From assembly GCA_964035545.1 (NCBI GenBank), contig OZ037765.1, positions 2,976,001 through 3,040,000 of the forward strand: a stretch of DNA of 64,000 bases. The letters are read 5' to 3'. Positions 1-12,200 of the stretch are shown in pieces (position 1 is the first letter of the stretch; each line of letters starts with the position of its first letter). Under the pieces are notes generated by a model, which worked only from the letters and a program-made list of their open reading frames with translations, made no database searches and was not told the DNA's origin. The position numbers and the translations under genes were made by a program. Origin of the DNA: Bugula neritina. Taxonomy: Eukaryota; Animalia; Bryozoa.

Positions 1-1381
1 AGTCCCCCTTCCACATTCTTTTCAATTTATACGCTCCTGACTTGTTATTGTGTCTCAATATGCCTTGTATTTGAGTGCTTGTTAGTCTCGCTTCACTAAC
101 TTTGCCTATACTTCACAAGTGCCAGTGCTGCTGGCTCAAAAGCTAAATGTTATAAACTGTCAGCTAAAACCCAATCTTGTATTCCTAGGTTGGTTGGCCT
201 AAATAAAACAATAGTCAAATCATGATTTCATGTTTTAAAAATTTACTCTATTCTAACCTGCTGCCTAGCTAGTTCTATTTTTGATGTATAATTACAAAAT
301 TTGTGATACATTTTTTTGGCAACCATGTAATTTATAAAATGCAGTAATGGTACTTATAATATTATATTATTATCATTATAATATATTATATAGTATTATG
401 TGTGCTTTTATTATCCTGCATAATATCTAATTTATTATTGTTGTTGTGCAAACAAGTGCAATTAACAGTTTTCAAAATGTACCTCTAAATTATCAGAATA
501 TCAGTTTAGATATTTTCATGCTTTGTAAGGTAAACCTAAAAAAAGAGGCTGTATTCCCAAAGTAAAGGGTGTTGAACTATGAACTATATTAGATTAGCCA
601 CTCTGCTACCAAGTGCATCAGTATAATATTATATGAATAGCTCTGATGCTTTGTCTCCGGTGGCTGGCTGCGATATGATAACTTGGCCAACTTCCAAGAG
701 TTTAAAATTGGCGCAATTATTCAAGAGGTTACATACTGCACAGAGCTAGCAGTGATAGTAACCTTGCTATTGGCAGTACTTATTACAACTGCCAGCATAT
801 AAGCTGCATTGTAGAATGCCGTTGGGGCAGGCTAGTAAAACCAAATTCTGCTCTCTAATATACCTTAGACAAAATGCAGCAACATAATTTTTAGTTTCAA
901 ATTACATTTGCCACCCTTACATGAGCTGTGGGCTTCATAAAGATTCATATGATTAGAGATTTATGCTATAGGCCCTATCTGTGCTAGTGTATGATGAAAA
1001 TAACACACCATTGTCAAAGTTAACTTCAAGTATGTTGTTTTCCAGAAACTCAGTAATGTCCATTTATCTCTCGCATACAAATACTTATGTAATACCATAC
1101 AGTTTAAGTTTTATTTTAGAGCACATCTGCAAACTCTACAATAAGAGCTTGCTTTACCAGTCTATTTCAGACCTGTTTTTGTAGTTAGTAATACGCAAGC
1201 TACTTATTTTTAAACTTTTGGGTTATTTGTTCAAAACCATTAGCTTTGCTAGTAACCCGATACTATTGCAACAGTTGACTGCTATCAACATGAATTGACA
1301 GCCTAATAATTATAACCCTTTTGCGCGCGAAATATTTATGTAATGATAGTTACTCATATAGTGCGCATCTTATTACCGATG

Positions 1382-1441
1382 ACTGCGTGGTCTAGAGGTT
1401 AGAGGCGTCAGCGAGGAGTTAGTTGGTTATGGTTCAACCCT
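1382..1441 (+). mobile_element. Degenerate tRNA-derived SINE head (Pol III A/B boxes), body missing
   Basis: GCGTGGTCTAGAGGTTAGA (A box) ... GGTTCAACCC (B box) resembles the 5' end of the SINE copies at 20324 and 42065. Confidence 0.55.
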
Positions 1442-2569
1442 GTTTTGTTGCAATTTTTTTTGTCAACTTATGCAAATCCTACGCATGTATAATAAATATG
1501 GCTATAATTGTAAAGTTTTTTTTAACTTTTGTTCAACAGTAAGACAACATACATGCATAATAATTAGATACTGAACACTGGACTAAACCTTAAATTGATC
1601 TTATAGAATACAATGTACTTAAAATAATCATATGTGAATTAGAGAAACTGAAAGTACACCTGCTGCTCTATAGACAGACCTTTACTGACAAGACTGCAAA
1701 GTGAAGTGATTTAGCTGAAATTAACTCTGCCAAACAAACAAAGAATTATGTTGTGCTGAGGCATTTTCAATATATTATTGTAACATAGTGAGATGATTCA
1801 GCTAAGTGCTAATGTAAAACAGGGAACATTATATTGGCAGAAATCCAATAGACTGCCAATTTGTGCGAGAGGGTACTATATGTTATTGTGATAGCGCGCA
1901 GAGCGGCAAACGTACTAGGGATGTTATAATTAGTCACAGGAGCGTAGCTAGAACCACCATATGAAGAATTTAGAAAATTGCAGTGAAACTTGCAAAATGG
2001 TGTATGTTTTTACCAAATTGTGAAGAGCATAAACAGAATTTCAAAAAACAAAGAAAGTATATTAGAGAAAACATATCAAGGAATGTCAAGTTTAACTTTT
2101 ATACTTTATAAAATGAATCCCCTGTGCTACAGCAGTGGAACATGGAGGGTGTAAAATTTTACTTATTATGCAACAACTTTCTCAAAAAAATTTTTATTGA
2201 AAAATTAAAAAAGTATATGAAAGAGGAATGCAAGAGCTATCTTTTCATGTAAAATTTGTTAATGTGAGACAAAAACTGTTCGAGCTATCCCCTGGAAACC
2301 GTTTATATATAACATAAAGCAGTGCCTGAATCTGGAAAGTAATGACCTTAAACCAACTGTGTTGCTGTTTTTATATTTGGATATCTATTTTTTTTGTCAA
2401 CTCTAATTTATTTTTTATGCAAAAAAAATCAGTATAATTTTTGACCTGCGTAATATATAAAATAAGATTATCTCCTTTAAGGTTCAATAATTTACAATAA
2501 CTGTCACTCTCTATTCTTTGTGTCATGCATAACGTCTAACGTAACATAATAATTTTTGAATTTCATTCA

Positions 2570-2616
2570 TTGCTACTCTGAAGATGGGTACAGTGGTACC
2601 CGAAATATCAGTGTAA
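2570..2616 (+). ncRNA. Degenerate minimal type I hammerhead ribozyme (probable Penelope-like element remnant)
   Basis: CTGAAGA (2578-2584), T, stem II GGGTAC-agtg-GTACCC, GAAA (2602-2605), TA, TC, then AGTGTAA pairing imperfectly with upstream TTGCTACT. Lies ~90 nt upstream of a (TA)n tract. Confidence 0.55.
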
Positions 2617-2700
2617 TTACTTTACCTAATAAAGTAAAAAAACAACAATGTTTCTCGTATACCTATTTATAATCAAATTACTAGCTCGTAAAGATATATT

Positions 2701-2703
<3 letters not shown>

Positions 2704-2762
<59 letters not shown>
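2704..2762. repeat. (TA)n microsatellite
   Basis: Pure TA dinucleotide run. Confidence 0.98.
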
Positions 2763-2763
<1 letters not shown>

Positions 2764-2779
2764 TGGCTATTCTAACTAA

Positions 2780-3200
2780 AATCGTAGAGACTTGTTTATA
2801 TCATATTTCTGGAAGCTTCCAGGAAATAATGCAACCAATGTGACCACCATAGCAAGGTGCTTAGAAGTATTGCCGATTGACATGTATCTGATAATGAATG
2901 ATCTCTCCAGGCATGCAGAATCTGTGATGCTATATATGATGATATGATGCACTGCATTGATGGTAATAAAGCTGACTACAATGTAATCCTGGCTATATAT
3001 TATAACTATAGCTGGTATATTAGTATCAATGTATTAAATATAAACCGCGGTACTAGATGAGCACTTGAAGTAAACAAACATAACCAATCATAATACAAGA
3101 GCAGGCTGTCAGCTGAAAAAATTCAGGCAATTGATTGAGAGAAGTAAATAACAATGTGAAAGTAAAGCAAGGAAAATAATAATATAAAATGATGAAAAAG
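2780..3200 (+). repeat. Diverged direct copy of 16720-17200 (3' flank of PX-SH3 gene A)
   Basis: Shared blocks such as TTAGTATCAAT...GTACTAGATGAGCAC.TG.AGTAAACAAACAT...TGTCAGC.GAAAAAA...AATTGATTGAGAGA. Confidence 0.7.
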
Positions 3201-4459
3201 TATACATATTTAGAACATGTGACTGAAAATTATTTTAGAGCATAATACTTGCTTTAGAACATTTTATTCAATATATTGTCAATCAAACCCAAGTCTTTTT
3301 CTTACAAAAACCTGAGGTTATAACTTATATGCTTCTAATATTAGTAATTTCAAGAATATACTTATTTAAGATTGCAGTGTGGGAGGGAATATAAGCGGTT
3401 ATCACAAGGTGTTGCTTATTCCTAAACTTATTTAGTGATTGGACAGAATAAAGTTTAAAGACATCATCGGAACATAACACATTCGCCGAACTGTAGCTAA
3501 TAATGTCAAGGCTAAAATGGCTTGTGAAAACTATTTCGACAGCTTGTGTTAATGCATCTGTTTACTTCTGTAAGAGAGCAAAATATTATTGAGTTAAGTA
3601 GATAATTGCTTATATTTGGTGCGAATACATACATGTCACATTTTTGACAGAAGTTTGTTTAAAAATTAGTAATTAAATGCATTGTTTTGTTCCTAAGTAT
3701 AATATTTAGCTGAATGCATACCTTCAAGTTTGAAAGCTATATTTTATGTTGGTAGAAAGGTTATTGTGTAAAATAAAGCTAATTAGAAAAAAGCAGCCAT
3801 GATGAAAAGCTTCACATTTTTCGAAGGCTTATTCATAGAAAATGAATAAGCCCACAAATACTATATTTATAATTTGTTTCAAGGCTTACGCCATTCATGA
3901 ATGATTATAGAGACATGACATGGGTTTTGAAATAAGTTTCAACTCCCATTACATAGGATAGGTGCATGTACAAGCATGGATCAGCTAAGCAAAAAATAGG
4001 TAGTGCATGTAAAACTATAAGTTCATCTATACTTTGTAAATGATGGGATCTAGTTTTACGTAGTACAATGCGGCTTTAGAAAATCTGTCTGTACTCACTT
4101 TTTATCCTTTAAAGAGTTCTATTCTCAAAAAAGCACCAATGCTTGCATCACAGAAAAATTTTCAATTTATAGATATGTCCACACAGACAATGGGAAGCTC
4201 CATAGCACCCAAAGTAGGCAACTCCCAGTACCCACAGTGCAAGGACAAAATGTATGCCATAACAACCAGGTGCATGTTTAGAGGTGAAATTACGTAAGAT
4301 TGACTCGAAGATGCTGAACAATGCTGAACGAAAACTGGAAGTCGTGGAAAAGACATTAAAAGATGTGAGGATGAGCTGAATTCCTTTGATATCACTTGGA
4401 AAAATTTACTGAACAAAAGTATTGTGGAGTACTGCTTAGAGGAGCTGCCAAAGAAGACA

Positions 4460-5330
4460 AGTATAATGTCAAGTCAAGAAAGCCAACAAAAGACGTATAA
4501 TGAAACTTCTCACGTGTTCTATGAGCTCTCTAAGATCAAACAAATAGTTTAACTGCCTTTAATATGTGTGGAGGTCAATAGAATTAATCCCTGCTGCTCA
4601 TATCCTTTTCGAACTATTGCTGACTTTCTGACAAATAATATGATATTCAGCAAACATCTATTACATTATGTTTATCTATTTTTTACTCCAAGTTACTTTT
4701 TGTTAGTTGAGTTTATTACCTATAATATATATAATAATTATATATAAATATATTAACAATAAATATTATATTATATCAGTGTAAATAAAGACCATTTCCT
4801 TTCTATGTATACTTTATTTGCATTAGCTAGAGTGGAGAGTTTGACATCGATGCTAATATAAGATTGAATCAAATTGTAATGAGCAATGATCGATGGAATA
4901 ATTTTAGAACTCAACATTTTAAGCATTTATCACACTGAGGTGTAATTGCCAGTGCTTAATGCATGAATTTAAGAACAACGCAATTCAATTCTGCATAACA
5001 ACATCAAAATAAATTATAAACTATCTGCCTTTAATATGTGTTCAACTGACTCAATCTCTACTGCTCATTATATTCTTCTCAAACTGTTGCTGATTGTCTG
5101 ACGAATAGTACGAGATTCCACAAACGCTTATTATACTAGGCTTATCTATTATTTACCCCAAGTTATTTTTGGTTGCTAGAGTGAGTTTAAGGTAAATTTT
5201 TTTGCTCATAATATTTGTAACATAATATATTAGCAGACTATCAGTCAACAATAAACATTATATTATTTTAGTATAAAGGAAATTTCCTTATCCTGTAGAC
5301 TTTAGTTGCATTGGTTAGAGTGGAGAACAT
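4460..5330 (+). repeat. Diverged repeat: one longer copy plus a partial tandem copy; homologous to 15290-16600
   Basis: TTTAATATGTGTGGAG..CAAT..A.TTAATC.CTGCTGCTCATAT.CTTTTCGAACTATTG.TGACTTTCTGACAAATAATATGATATT at ~4558-4647 and ~15387-15476; weaker copy at ~5030-5160. Confidence 0.75.
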
Positions 5331-6832
5331 GCTATCACTCTAGTGTTAGGCACATGAGATCACTCTAGCATTAAGCACATGCTATCACTTTAGTATTTAA
5401 CACGTGTTATCAGACAAGTGTGACATGTTGTGTATTTCTAAAATTGTTCCAAGCACTAGAGTAGCAAGGTTAAAGAAGGTTTTAATCATCAGAAATAGTA
5501 CAAAAGTTGTCTTCTCTTTTGAATAAACTGACCAAGCCAGGAAGCATTTAAAGGCCTAGCCTACGTATAATACTTTACTCTTCAAGAGGTTAATATATCA
5601 TTCCTAGTAAACTTCTAACAGAAAAATATGCTAAGTAAATATCGGTTGATCAAATGTAAGAGGTAATATTTTTCTTCTGTTTTCAAACCCTCTATATCAG
5701 TGTTTTCCAATTTCTTTACACCATGTCCCCCCCTCCCCCCTTTCATAAATGTTTACTATTATTTCCTCCTTTCAAAAAGTGCAATTTTTATGACTGACAT
5801 AATTATAATAAACAAGACAAGTCTTATAATATATTTCTTCTATTATAATTATGTTTGATTATGATAGTAATATTGCAATAATTATATTATATTACGCATG
5901 TATGTATAAAGCACGGAGCAGTTCAATTACTAATGCAGTAGCTCCAGATGATGCTTTTATGCCAGTTTGCTCAAGTATGGCTCTGTATTTGACAAGACAC
6001 ATTCCAGGTCACTATTTAGGCCAAGGCAGTTTCTCTCCTAATTTTATTGGTTATCATTGATGAGATTTTTACCTCACACAGCTATGTGCAGGTAGGGTTT
6101 GGTGGATGAAATCCGGAATTCATCAATTGACCAAAATTTTAAATCCTCCATTGCTAACCCGCTCAATGAAACCTTCCTTTAACTCATCTGGGTAAGGGTA
6201 TGAAAGAGAATCCATATAACAGCTTTTTTTCCTAAAAACATATTGAGTGTGGGGAAAGACAGCGTATATTTAATTCAGCTTTGAAAGCATTGATACTGCT
6301 ATGAGAAGCAATGATTTCATAAATGCACTTCTGTATTTTTAGGTTCAGACCTTTTAGCGCAGCAAATAATTTAATATATTAAATAGGTATGCAGTATACA
6401 GTTCATAGAGATCAGCAGCTGCTAAAAGTTCCCATTGGTTTGTGCTTTCAACAAACTTCTTAACCAGCATTAGAAGTTCAAATAATCAAGCTACTGTGTT
6501 ACTCTTGAATAACTTCATCACTTTAGTGTAAAACAGCAGAATAATGAATGTAGCATCACTTTCTTAACATAGTGCTAAAAATAGTCAAGGGTTAAGCGCT
6601 GAAACCTTGGTGTAGTTCAATCATTTTGGTGTTCGCTGCCAAGTTACATTGATTCCAATGCTCGTGGTAGTATCCTGGAAGGAATCGTCTTACAGAGAGT
6701 GAAGTAATGCACGCGTTTTATATCAGGATTTGTTTCCTTGCCAGCTGTACAAAACCTGATCATGATCCATATGCCTATACACTGATGGCGCTTCTTCAAG
6801 TAAGGACTGACATCCACATGCATACTATACAG

Positions 6833-7036
6833 TCATGAAAGTTTATATTCCCCACCCCTGTGAGAAAATCATGATGGAAAAGTGTTTTGCTAAATCGGAC
6901 TAAGGACAGATGAGGTACGAAAGCAATTATAACTAGATGCTCTTCTTAACCTCAGCAATGGTCTTTGCTAGGGTTCGAACTCGTGACTTGGTGTTTGCTA
7001 AGTTAAACACTCTAACCCCTAGACCATGGCTGCTCC
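6833..7036 (-). mobile_element. tRNA-derived SINE (~205 bp), with near-perfect TSD
   Basis: Minus strand begins GGAGCAGCCATGGTCTAGGGGTTAGAG, B box GAGTTCGAACCC; flanked by CATACTATACA / CATACAATACA. Confidence 0.85.
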
Positions 7037-7538
7037 TTACATACAATACACTAATAATTGAGAAATATTGGCTAATTATATGGATGGACTACTCAAGTTG
7101 TATGAAGAACAATGGAGACTTGTTGATTTTAGCGATTATGTTTTTAATATTTGCTGCATCACCTACCTGTAATTTGGCAGCTAGCCAAAATTCCCTCTCA
7201 CCCGCCCAAATTCTCCTTTATTGGGGAAATTCCCTCAGGGAATAATTCTGCAAGATTTAGAACATTGCTATTAACTGTTTTATATTATGTGCAAATGCTT
7301 TATCAAGACTTGGAAAGTCGCAATAAGCTGTTGCTTTCCAATGGATAATCCAAATTTCCAAGCATTGTGTCCTAATCAATTGTACAATTGTTTACAGACC
7401 TATAATTATGGCAAGAAAGCTGGCAATAGAGTATAGAAGTAAGTCAGCGGAGTGTATGTAGACAAGCTAAGACAGAGCAGATATAATACAAGCAAGTGAG
7501 AGCATTATACTTTTATTGTTATACAATCATATAGTGGC

Positions 7539-7548
7539 ATATATATAT

Positions 7549-7604
<56 letters not shown>
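7539..7604. repeat. (TA)n microsatellite, left flank of the Penelope-like insertion
   Basis: TA run with one interruption. Confidence 0.95.
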
Positions 7605-7606
<2 letters not shown>

Positions 7607-7732
7607 GTATGCTGATTGTCAATCTAGTTGGAGTTTCAGCAAAGTAAAGTGCTCGATATCACGGGTGACAGAGCTAATATAATGTAGTGTGTTCAGATTG
7701 TTAATGATACATATATATTTTATTTAAAAAAA

Positions 7733-7785
7733 TCTTACACGACTATATAGTTTCGTGCAGTAAACTGCACTCCTCAGGTGTTAGA
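7733..7785 (-). ncRNA. Minimal type I hammerhead ribozyme (left-arm copy)
   Basis: Reverse complement of 8993-9045. Confidence 0.85.
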
Positions 7786-8017
7786 CTAAAAATAAATAAA
7801 ATCTATGAAGCATACCGATTATTCAAATTTTTACATAAAGAAAACTATCATGCTAAACACAACGTAAAACGAAATGCAAACATAGTAGTGGATTTGGTGT
7901 TATCTATTAATTAATTAAATTGCTTTTTTTCTAAAGGATTAAACTATAAAAGCTAGATGTTTGATGGAAAGGCTAATTTATAATAGGTAGTACTATGGTT
8001 GAGAGTTGTTAGTATTG

Positions 8018-8443
8018 TTATGTGATGTTGCCCAGGTAGTGCTTACGTGCATGTCTGCATGTGGATAGAATTTCATTTCTGTTATTAAGGGAAGATTTGC
8101 TGGGCTGGTATATTATGAAATATTTTTCCCATAGGCAGAGGTTGCATCTTTTAGTGACTTTGTTGTATGAGTTGGTCTTTTTCATAATTTTCCATGTTAT
8201 GTCAAAATGGGTGTTCTTGTCTTTTAGTTTCCAGATATATTTGCTCAATTCAGTATGGTTCTTTTTTGTTTTGTTGTTAAAAGTTGATTTGTGGTTATAA
8301 AATCTGGTTTTGAATTCTGTTTCTGATGTTCCCACGTAAGTCTGGGGTTGGCTGCCATCTTTGGTTGTAACTGTAGCTTGGTATATGATGCACTTTGTGA
8401 GACATTTTCCATCTAGTGGGCACACTGTGCTGTTTCTGCAATC
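8018..8443 (-). pseudogene. 5'-truncated GIY-YIG endonuclease domain of the PLE (Hydra-clade-like)
   Basis: CRNSTVCPLDGKC..IIYQATV..YVGTSETEFKTRFYNH..KRCNLCLWEK..LNNRNEILSTCRH: IIY/YVG signature, catalytic R and E, terminal N, CxxC and CxH motifs, no CCHH. A shorter inverted copy lies at 8444-8760 (+). Confidence 0.85.
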
Positions 8444-8992
8444 TGGGAACATCAGAAACAGAATTCAAAACCAGATTTTATAACCACAAATCAACTTTTA
8501 ACAACAAAACAAAAAAGAACCATACTGAATTGAGCAAATATATCTGGAAACTAAAAGACAAGAACACCCATTTTGACATAACATGGAAAATTATGAAAAA
8601 GACCAACTCATACAACAAAGTCACTAAAAGATGCAACCTCTGCCTATGGGAAAAATATTTCATAATATACCAGCCCAGCAAATCTTCCCTTAATAACAGA
8701 AATGAAATTCTATCCACATGCAGACATGCACGTAAGCACTACCTGGGCAACATCACATAACAATACTAACAACTCTCAACCATAGTACTACCTATTATAA
8801 ATTAGCCTTTCCATCAAACATCTAGCTTTTATAGTTTAATCCTTTAGAAAAAAAGCAATTTAATTAATTAATAGATAACACCAAATCCACTACTATGTTT
8901 GCATTTCGTTTTACGTTGTGTTTAGCATGATAGTTTTCTTTATGTAAAAATTTGAATAATCGGTATGCTTCATAGATTTTATTTATTTTTAG

Positions 8993-9045
8993 TCTAACAC
9001 CTGAGGAGTGCAGTTTACTGCACGAAACTATATAGTCGTGTAAGA
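8993..9045 (+). ncRNA. Minimal type I hammerhead ribozyme; predicted cleavage after GUC at 9037
   Basis: Stem I tctaACAC / GTGTaaga; core CTGAGGA (9001-9007); stem II GTGCAG-ttta-CTGCAC; GAAA (9024-9027); palindromic helix III ACTATATAGT; cleavage triplet GTC. Confidence 0.88.
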
Positions 9046-9094
9046 TTTTTTTAAATAAAATATATATGTATCATTAACAATCTGAACACACTAC

Positions 9095-9219
<125 letters not shown>

Positions 9220-9226
9220 AGAAGAG

Positions 9227-12200
9227 ATGGCTAATTTAGCAGCCATCACAGACCAGCTTAAAGAAATTACACAATGCAAGGTGTGCTTTGAAGAAAAGGT
9301 GACTCAAAAGCAACTACCTTGTCAGCACACACTTTGCCTGGAGTGTCTGAACAACCTACCAGTCTCTGACAGCAAGTACAAGTGTCCTCTTTGCCAAAAG
9401 GTACAGCAAATTTGTTGGATTGCTGCAGTATTTATTTTATTCACATAGAAATGTGAGCAAAGTTCTTAAATTGCAAGTATGTTAGCTCTGCCAGGGTGGC
9501 GTTAGAAAAATAGTATGCATGTGAATAATGCTGTAAATATTGCATATGACTATTGAATATCAACTCTACATACATACTGTATAAGAAATATGTGTAAAAT
9601 ATGGAAAGTGTATTGTGCTTGCAGGAATTCTTTGTCCCAAATCGAGGCTTTGAAAATCTACAAGACAGTCTGCTACTGAAACAGCTGGCAGGTCTGAGTC
9701 AGATTGCAAGGGCATCTGTGGACACTGACTCTACACAACTTGACTCTTCATGTGGTAAGTGACATCCCAAGCAAGTGTTCTAAAGCGCAAAGCATGACAT
9801 ATGTTTAACTGGAATTTCTGATTGCTTCTGCAGTTGGTCGCTAAACATGGTGTGTTAACTATTACAACATAATACAACCTAAGATTGTATGTTGTGACTA
9901 TATAAATAATAAACTTTTCTCATACCCACCAGGCACGCCGAGAAAACGTCAAAAAATAATCAAAGATGCAGAAGAGTTACTTGAGACTGCAGAAAAACGG
10001 GTAAACTTTAGGAATAATAAATCAGACATTTTTATATAGCCATAAGGCACATATATAGCTAATGCTTATTAAGTTCTCTATTTGAAAGGTGAAAACCTAC
10101 AAGGAGAAAAAAGATGCTCTGGTTAAGATTGGTGAAGCAAACAAGAAAAGGCTTCGTCGACTTAAGGAAGAGACTATGACCAAAGCTGATGTAAAAGTAA
10201 GCTGGCTGCTTACTCATCAGTTAGATTTACTTACCTCTAATCTTTAGCCCTTTACTTACCTCTAGTCTTTAACTTTTTATTTACTTCTATTCTTTAACTC
10301 TTTACTTACCTCTAATATTTAACTCTTTACTTACCTTTTATAGCTTTTGATTCTTTACTTAAGTTTTATGTTTAGGTACTGGGTGCTCATTAGTTGAGGA
10401 AAGAGCTGTATATTCAATATAGTTATTCCGTTACGTCTAATCTCTTGTCTGATGTGCAAAGTTTAGACCATAAATTGGTATCTATTTTTTTATTTTAACG
10501 AATCGTTTTAATTTCATTTGTTTATGTTTCGCTTTCAATCTTTTATGCTAACTTTAAAGTCTGTTAAATAGTTGAAGCCAGCATCAAATGCAAGAGTTGT
10601 TTTAAGTGATCTGCATTCAGTAATTAGTGGTCAATTTTTTGCTACAATAAATAAACTCAATAAAAAAATATATTAATTAACCTGAAATTAATTTTCTTTC
10701 ATCAATGTTGACTAACGTGTAGATACAAGCAATAAATGATGCCTTGAAACTACAGACTGCACAGTTGTGCAGCAAACGAGATAAGTTGCTGTTGAGTTCT
10801 TCCAAGACCAAAGAGATGATGGAAAAACTGAAATCTGTTAAGTTGGGTGATAAAGATGGCGACTTAGAAGAAGCTCAGCAAATTCTACTGAACTTAAAAG
10901 ATGAAATGATTTCTCTACAATCAGGTACATGTTGGTACAGGTACTCATGTTGCTGCTTTTCAATATCTTTGAAAAAGAAGAAAGTTAACTCTTCTTCTTC
11001 TTTTATTCCATAAAATAATGTTGTTCAGTTGTTATACAGTTTTATGCAGTTGCTATGCAGTTGCTATGCAGTTGCTATACAGTTGCTATGCAGGTGCTAT
11101 CCAGTTGCTATGCAGTTGCTATGCGGTTGCTATGCGATTGTTATGCGGTTGCTATGCGGTTGCTATGCGGTCGCTATGCGGTTGCTATGCGGTTGCTATG
11201 CGGTTGCTATGCGATTGCTATGCGGTTGCTAGGCGATTGCTATGCGATTGCTCTGCGGTTGCTATGCGATTGCTATGCGATTGCTATGCAGTTACATGAT
11301 CTGTATCGCTCAGAATCAATCTGTTGAGGGAATTTCCATCTTATCTTATTGTATTGACATTATCACATAATAACTTTATCTAACAGTTGATGGCCAGGGC
11401 AAGCTGAAAGTAGGAGACAGTGTTAGACTGAGAGTTGATGAAGATATTGTTGATGAGTTCCTCAATACAAACTATAACCACATGAGTGTTGGCTACATAA
11501 AGCAGTTTGCTGGTGATAGTCGAGTAAGATAGTTAACTGTGCTTGTGTACAGTTATTCTCTGTAATTAATTTCGTTTCTTCCTTATGATTATAAAATACA
11601 ATAAAATAGAGTTGTCCAATGTATTGTACAAATAGAAATACGAAGGTAATGTTATTGTTTAAGAAACAAAAAAACAAGAGACAAATGATAATAAATATTA
11701 GCACATATTCCACTTGCTTTGTGTCTAAAGACATTGGACCAGCGTTTACCCATCTACTTGCTTTTAGTGTGTAGTGCTGTTTGCCAGCAACCATCCTTGG
11801 ATTGGGAAGACTTCAGCAGTTATCAAATCAGATGTAAAACATGAACTTCTTATTGTTGGAGATAACGTGAGAGTCAGGCCTTCAGTAAAGGAACCGAGTG
11901 ATGGTTGGGGTAAAGTTAAACCTGGAGAGTGAGTACGTTACAATGCTGTCACATCACTATCACTTTACCATAACATTATCACATTACTATCAAAGTTATA
12001 TCACATTGATATCATATTACTTTCACATTACTACCTCACTATTTCTAAATTACTGTCACATTACTTTCACATTATCGTTAAATTGCAGTGTTGGAGTCTT
12101 AACAGACATAAGCTGTGAAAGCGACAGTGATAAAATTTCGGTGGTTGCTGATTTTGCCGAAAATGAATGGAAAGGCTACTTTGGAGAAATAGAAAAGGTT

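Noticed and set aside
2030-2480. Possible DNA-transposon remnant ending CTCCTTTAA (Kolobok-like end)
   Set aside because: No matching opposite terminus or second copy found in the window.
4180-4450. Coding-like, purine-rich stretch (KIDSKMLNNAERKLEVVEKTLKDV)
   Set aside because: Short, bounded by stops, no convincing splice sites or recognisable homology; possibly a decayed exon but unsupported.
6785-6799. ATGGCGCTTCTTCAA|GTAAGG as an upstream coding exon of the RING gene
   Set aside because: Splicing to the acceptor at 9221 would be out of frame with the RING ORF; at most a 5' UTR exon, unverified.
8416-8760. 114-aa ORF as a standalone nuclease gene
   Set aside because: Inverted partial copy of the PLE endonuclease; lacks the GIY half and has no true start codon.
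11018-11327. Three overlapping Cys-rich ORFs; regular repeats superficially like a CRISPR array
   Set aside because: Translation of an 11-bp intronic minisatellite; no unique spacers and a eukaryotic context.
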